Of a DNA stretch of 64,000 nucleotides, positions 61,976 through 64,000 are shown in pieces. The notes under the pieces are model-generated. The model ran no database searches and was not told the origin of the DNA. It was given only the letters and a program-made list of their open reading frames with translations. Origin of the DNA: Macrostomum hystrix (Eukaryota > Animalia > Platyhelminthes); assembly GCA_950097015.1 (NCBI GenBank), contig CATNEN010000002.1:9052001-9116000 (forward strand), in the 5' to 3' direction. A program made the translations under genes and the position numbers. Position 1 is the first letter of the stretch. Each line of letters starts with the position of its first letter.

Positions 61976-62663
61976 GGAAGTGCTTATTCCCACGGTCCCG
62001 TGCCGATAATTTCGATTTTATCCACACGGATCCGTGCCGATAATTTTCTGCTTATCCACATGGCAGCTTGTATGAATAGGTCTACTTTCAAGTCCCTACG
62101 TACCTATTCTAATTCTTCTCTGAGCATAAGGCTTTTGCTTCAGAGTATAGTGTATAGTGTACACTATCAATGAATAGTGTAAAAGAATAACAATGATGTA
62201 TAATGTGTGACGAGTTTGGTGCTGACTAGAATTCTGCTGGTTGACTCGTATTATTTTCTTTGATAGACTTTTTACTCTTTAAGTCAATACAATTCAAATG
62301 AAAACATGTTAACGATGACAAAAGATTTAGTAAGTTGTTATTAAAATAATTAAAAAGGATGACAATAATGTCAGTTAATTAATGTGTATGTAGGTCGAAA
62401 TGTAGAACACTGTCGTAACACACTGGCAACTTTGTCAATCTATTGGCTCGAGGGTTCAACAAAACGTTCAAATCTGAAAGGGCCTCATTTCAAAGAACAG
62501 AACCGTGTGGATAAAATTGAAATTAATGGCACGGCATATTTATATTAAGAGTTGTAGACCTATTTATACAAGCTGCCGTGTGGATAAGCAGAAAATTATT
62601 GGCACAGATCCGTGTGGATAAAATTGAAATTATCGGCACGGGACCGTGGGAATAAGCTCTGCC
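61976..62663. mobile_element. Non-autonomous Mutator-like MITE (688 bp, about 110-bp TIRs, 9-bp TSD TTTACAAAT)
   Basis: 61976-62085 is an imperfect reverse complement of 62554-62663; ends GG...CC; TTTACAAAT at 61967-61975 and 62664-62672. Confidence 0.85.
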
Positions 62664-64000
62664 TTTACAAATATGGTAGACAATTTAAAATGAAGAAAAT
62701 TATATATAGTAAAACAAATTCTAGAAATTTTGAGTGAAAATTTGAAAATTCAACCACAACCAGTTACATTATTTCTATGGTTTCTTAAAAAAGTATTGGC
62801 AATATCAACCTGGTGATGAAATCATACTTTAAAAGGGCTTAGTTAATCAATCTGAATAGCAGCTTGCCTAAAACAAATTCATGGCAGTGAGTCACAGAGT
62901 CCTGTTTCTTTGGTAGAGTTATGGAGATAAAAGTTTAAAAACATTGTTAAATGCTAGCTACAATATAAAAAATGTAGGCCTAACCTCATATCTATTCAGC
63001 CACCTAAGCTATCTTGACTTTAGTAGACTTTAGTATAGTCATTCCCCACCCCCAACCTCTCTTCAGCACAGCTATGGCAGTCTTAGTCCTATATTGTTCT
63101 CTTATTGTTTTTCCTATAGATAGAAATTGTCCTATTTCCTATTTCCTTTTTGCCTGGACTTTTGCTCTTTGCTATATTGGTCATGATATTAGATATATAT
63201 ATATATATATATATATATGTGTCGGGGATTTCAGTGAACATTTCAGAATAAAAATAAAAGTGAATAAAATATGAAACACATAATAAAAAACTTATGAAAT
63301 ATATAAAAAAGTTTATGTGAGTCACTGTACCTAAGAAGCTAGCAATGCCACTGCCAAAAAGACTACTTAAGTACTTTTTAATTTGGTTAATTGTCCCAAA
63401 AAATAAAAAGTATTTAGCTATCATGGGCTTGTTTATATTCAGCCTACATTGCATATTGACAAATATATAGCTTACTCCAAGCCATCTTTGTGTTCCCCTC
63501 TTTTTATTATTATATCAGAAATAAAGTTATTTAAGCCAATTTTCAAGCACCTCTATAACATTTTTAAGACTTAAAAATAGTGCTTTTAAATGTATAAATT
63601 ATAAGTATATTATCATTTGTATTTGTTTTTCTTAAGTTATCTTATTCTTATTAAAGTTTATAGCTATTAGTGCATCTCCAGATATTAAACTCAGAAAAAA
63701 ATTCCAAGCATTGGCATCTTTTTCTATTAGATATTGAGTGCACCTAGTTTACATTCTGGTACCATATAGCTATATCATAAAGTACATTGCAAAACATAGA
63801 ACTGTCTGATCTTTTCCGAAGTCCTAGTAATCCAGTTTATTTTTTCTCATTATTCACATTGCTAACAAATTATTAATTGCTTAGTGCTGTGTAGTTATTT
63901 TATGACCGAAAATGTATTAAACTAGAACCATTGTCTTCTTTGCATAAATTATTGTAATTTGGCATTGTGTTTAGCAGTGAGCTAAACCTTTATGGAAAGA

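Noticed and set aside
63192-63218. (TA)n tract and AT-rich ORFs at 63014-63454
   Set aside because: Ordinary microsatellite in low-complexity intergenic DNA.
1-64000. A linked cGAS-like (cGLR/CD-NTase) synthase forming a CBASS-like cluster
   Set aside because: No nucleotidyltransferase GS...DxD signature was recognised in any ORF in this window; the ligand source, if any, lies elsewhere.

Overview
Animal (invertebrate-like, species not determinable) genomic window, rich in repeats and introns; not prokaryotic. The main content is a head-to-tail array of four minus-strand, multi-exon paralogs (about 1.5-6.9, 8.7-13.5, 17.9-46.2 and 48.9-53.9 kb). After manual splicing at GT-AG sites each gives an uninterrupted frame of about 720-740 codons. 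By motif recognition the architecture is TIR-like / STING-like / TIR-like / STING-like with no transmembrane segment, i.e. an apparent internally doubled TIR-STING. Nested in or between these genes: an intact Ty3/Gypsy element with identical LTRs whose target-site duplication is a splice donor; a degraded Crypton-like tyrosine-recombinase element with palindromic ends; a 5-exon antisense gene encoding zinc fingers, a tyrosine recombinase and a PWWP domain; a 75-unit 116-bp satellite with higher-order structure; several minisatellites; SINEs and LINE fragments. The right end holds a frameshifted PAN/C-type-lectin-like ORF and a Mutator-like MITE. All domain calls come from reading motifs by eye; no database search was run.
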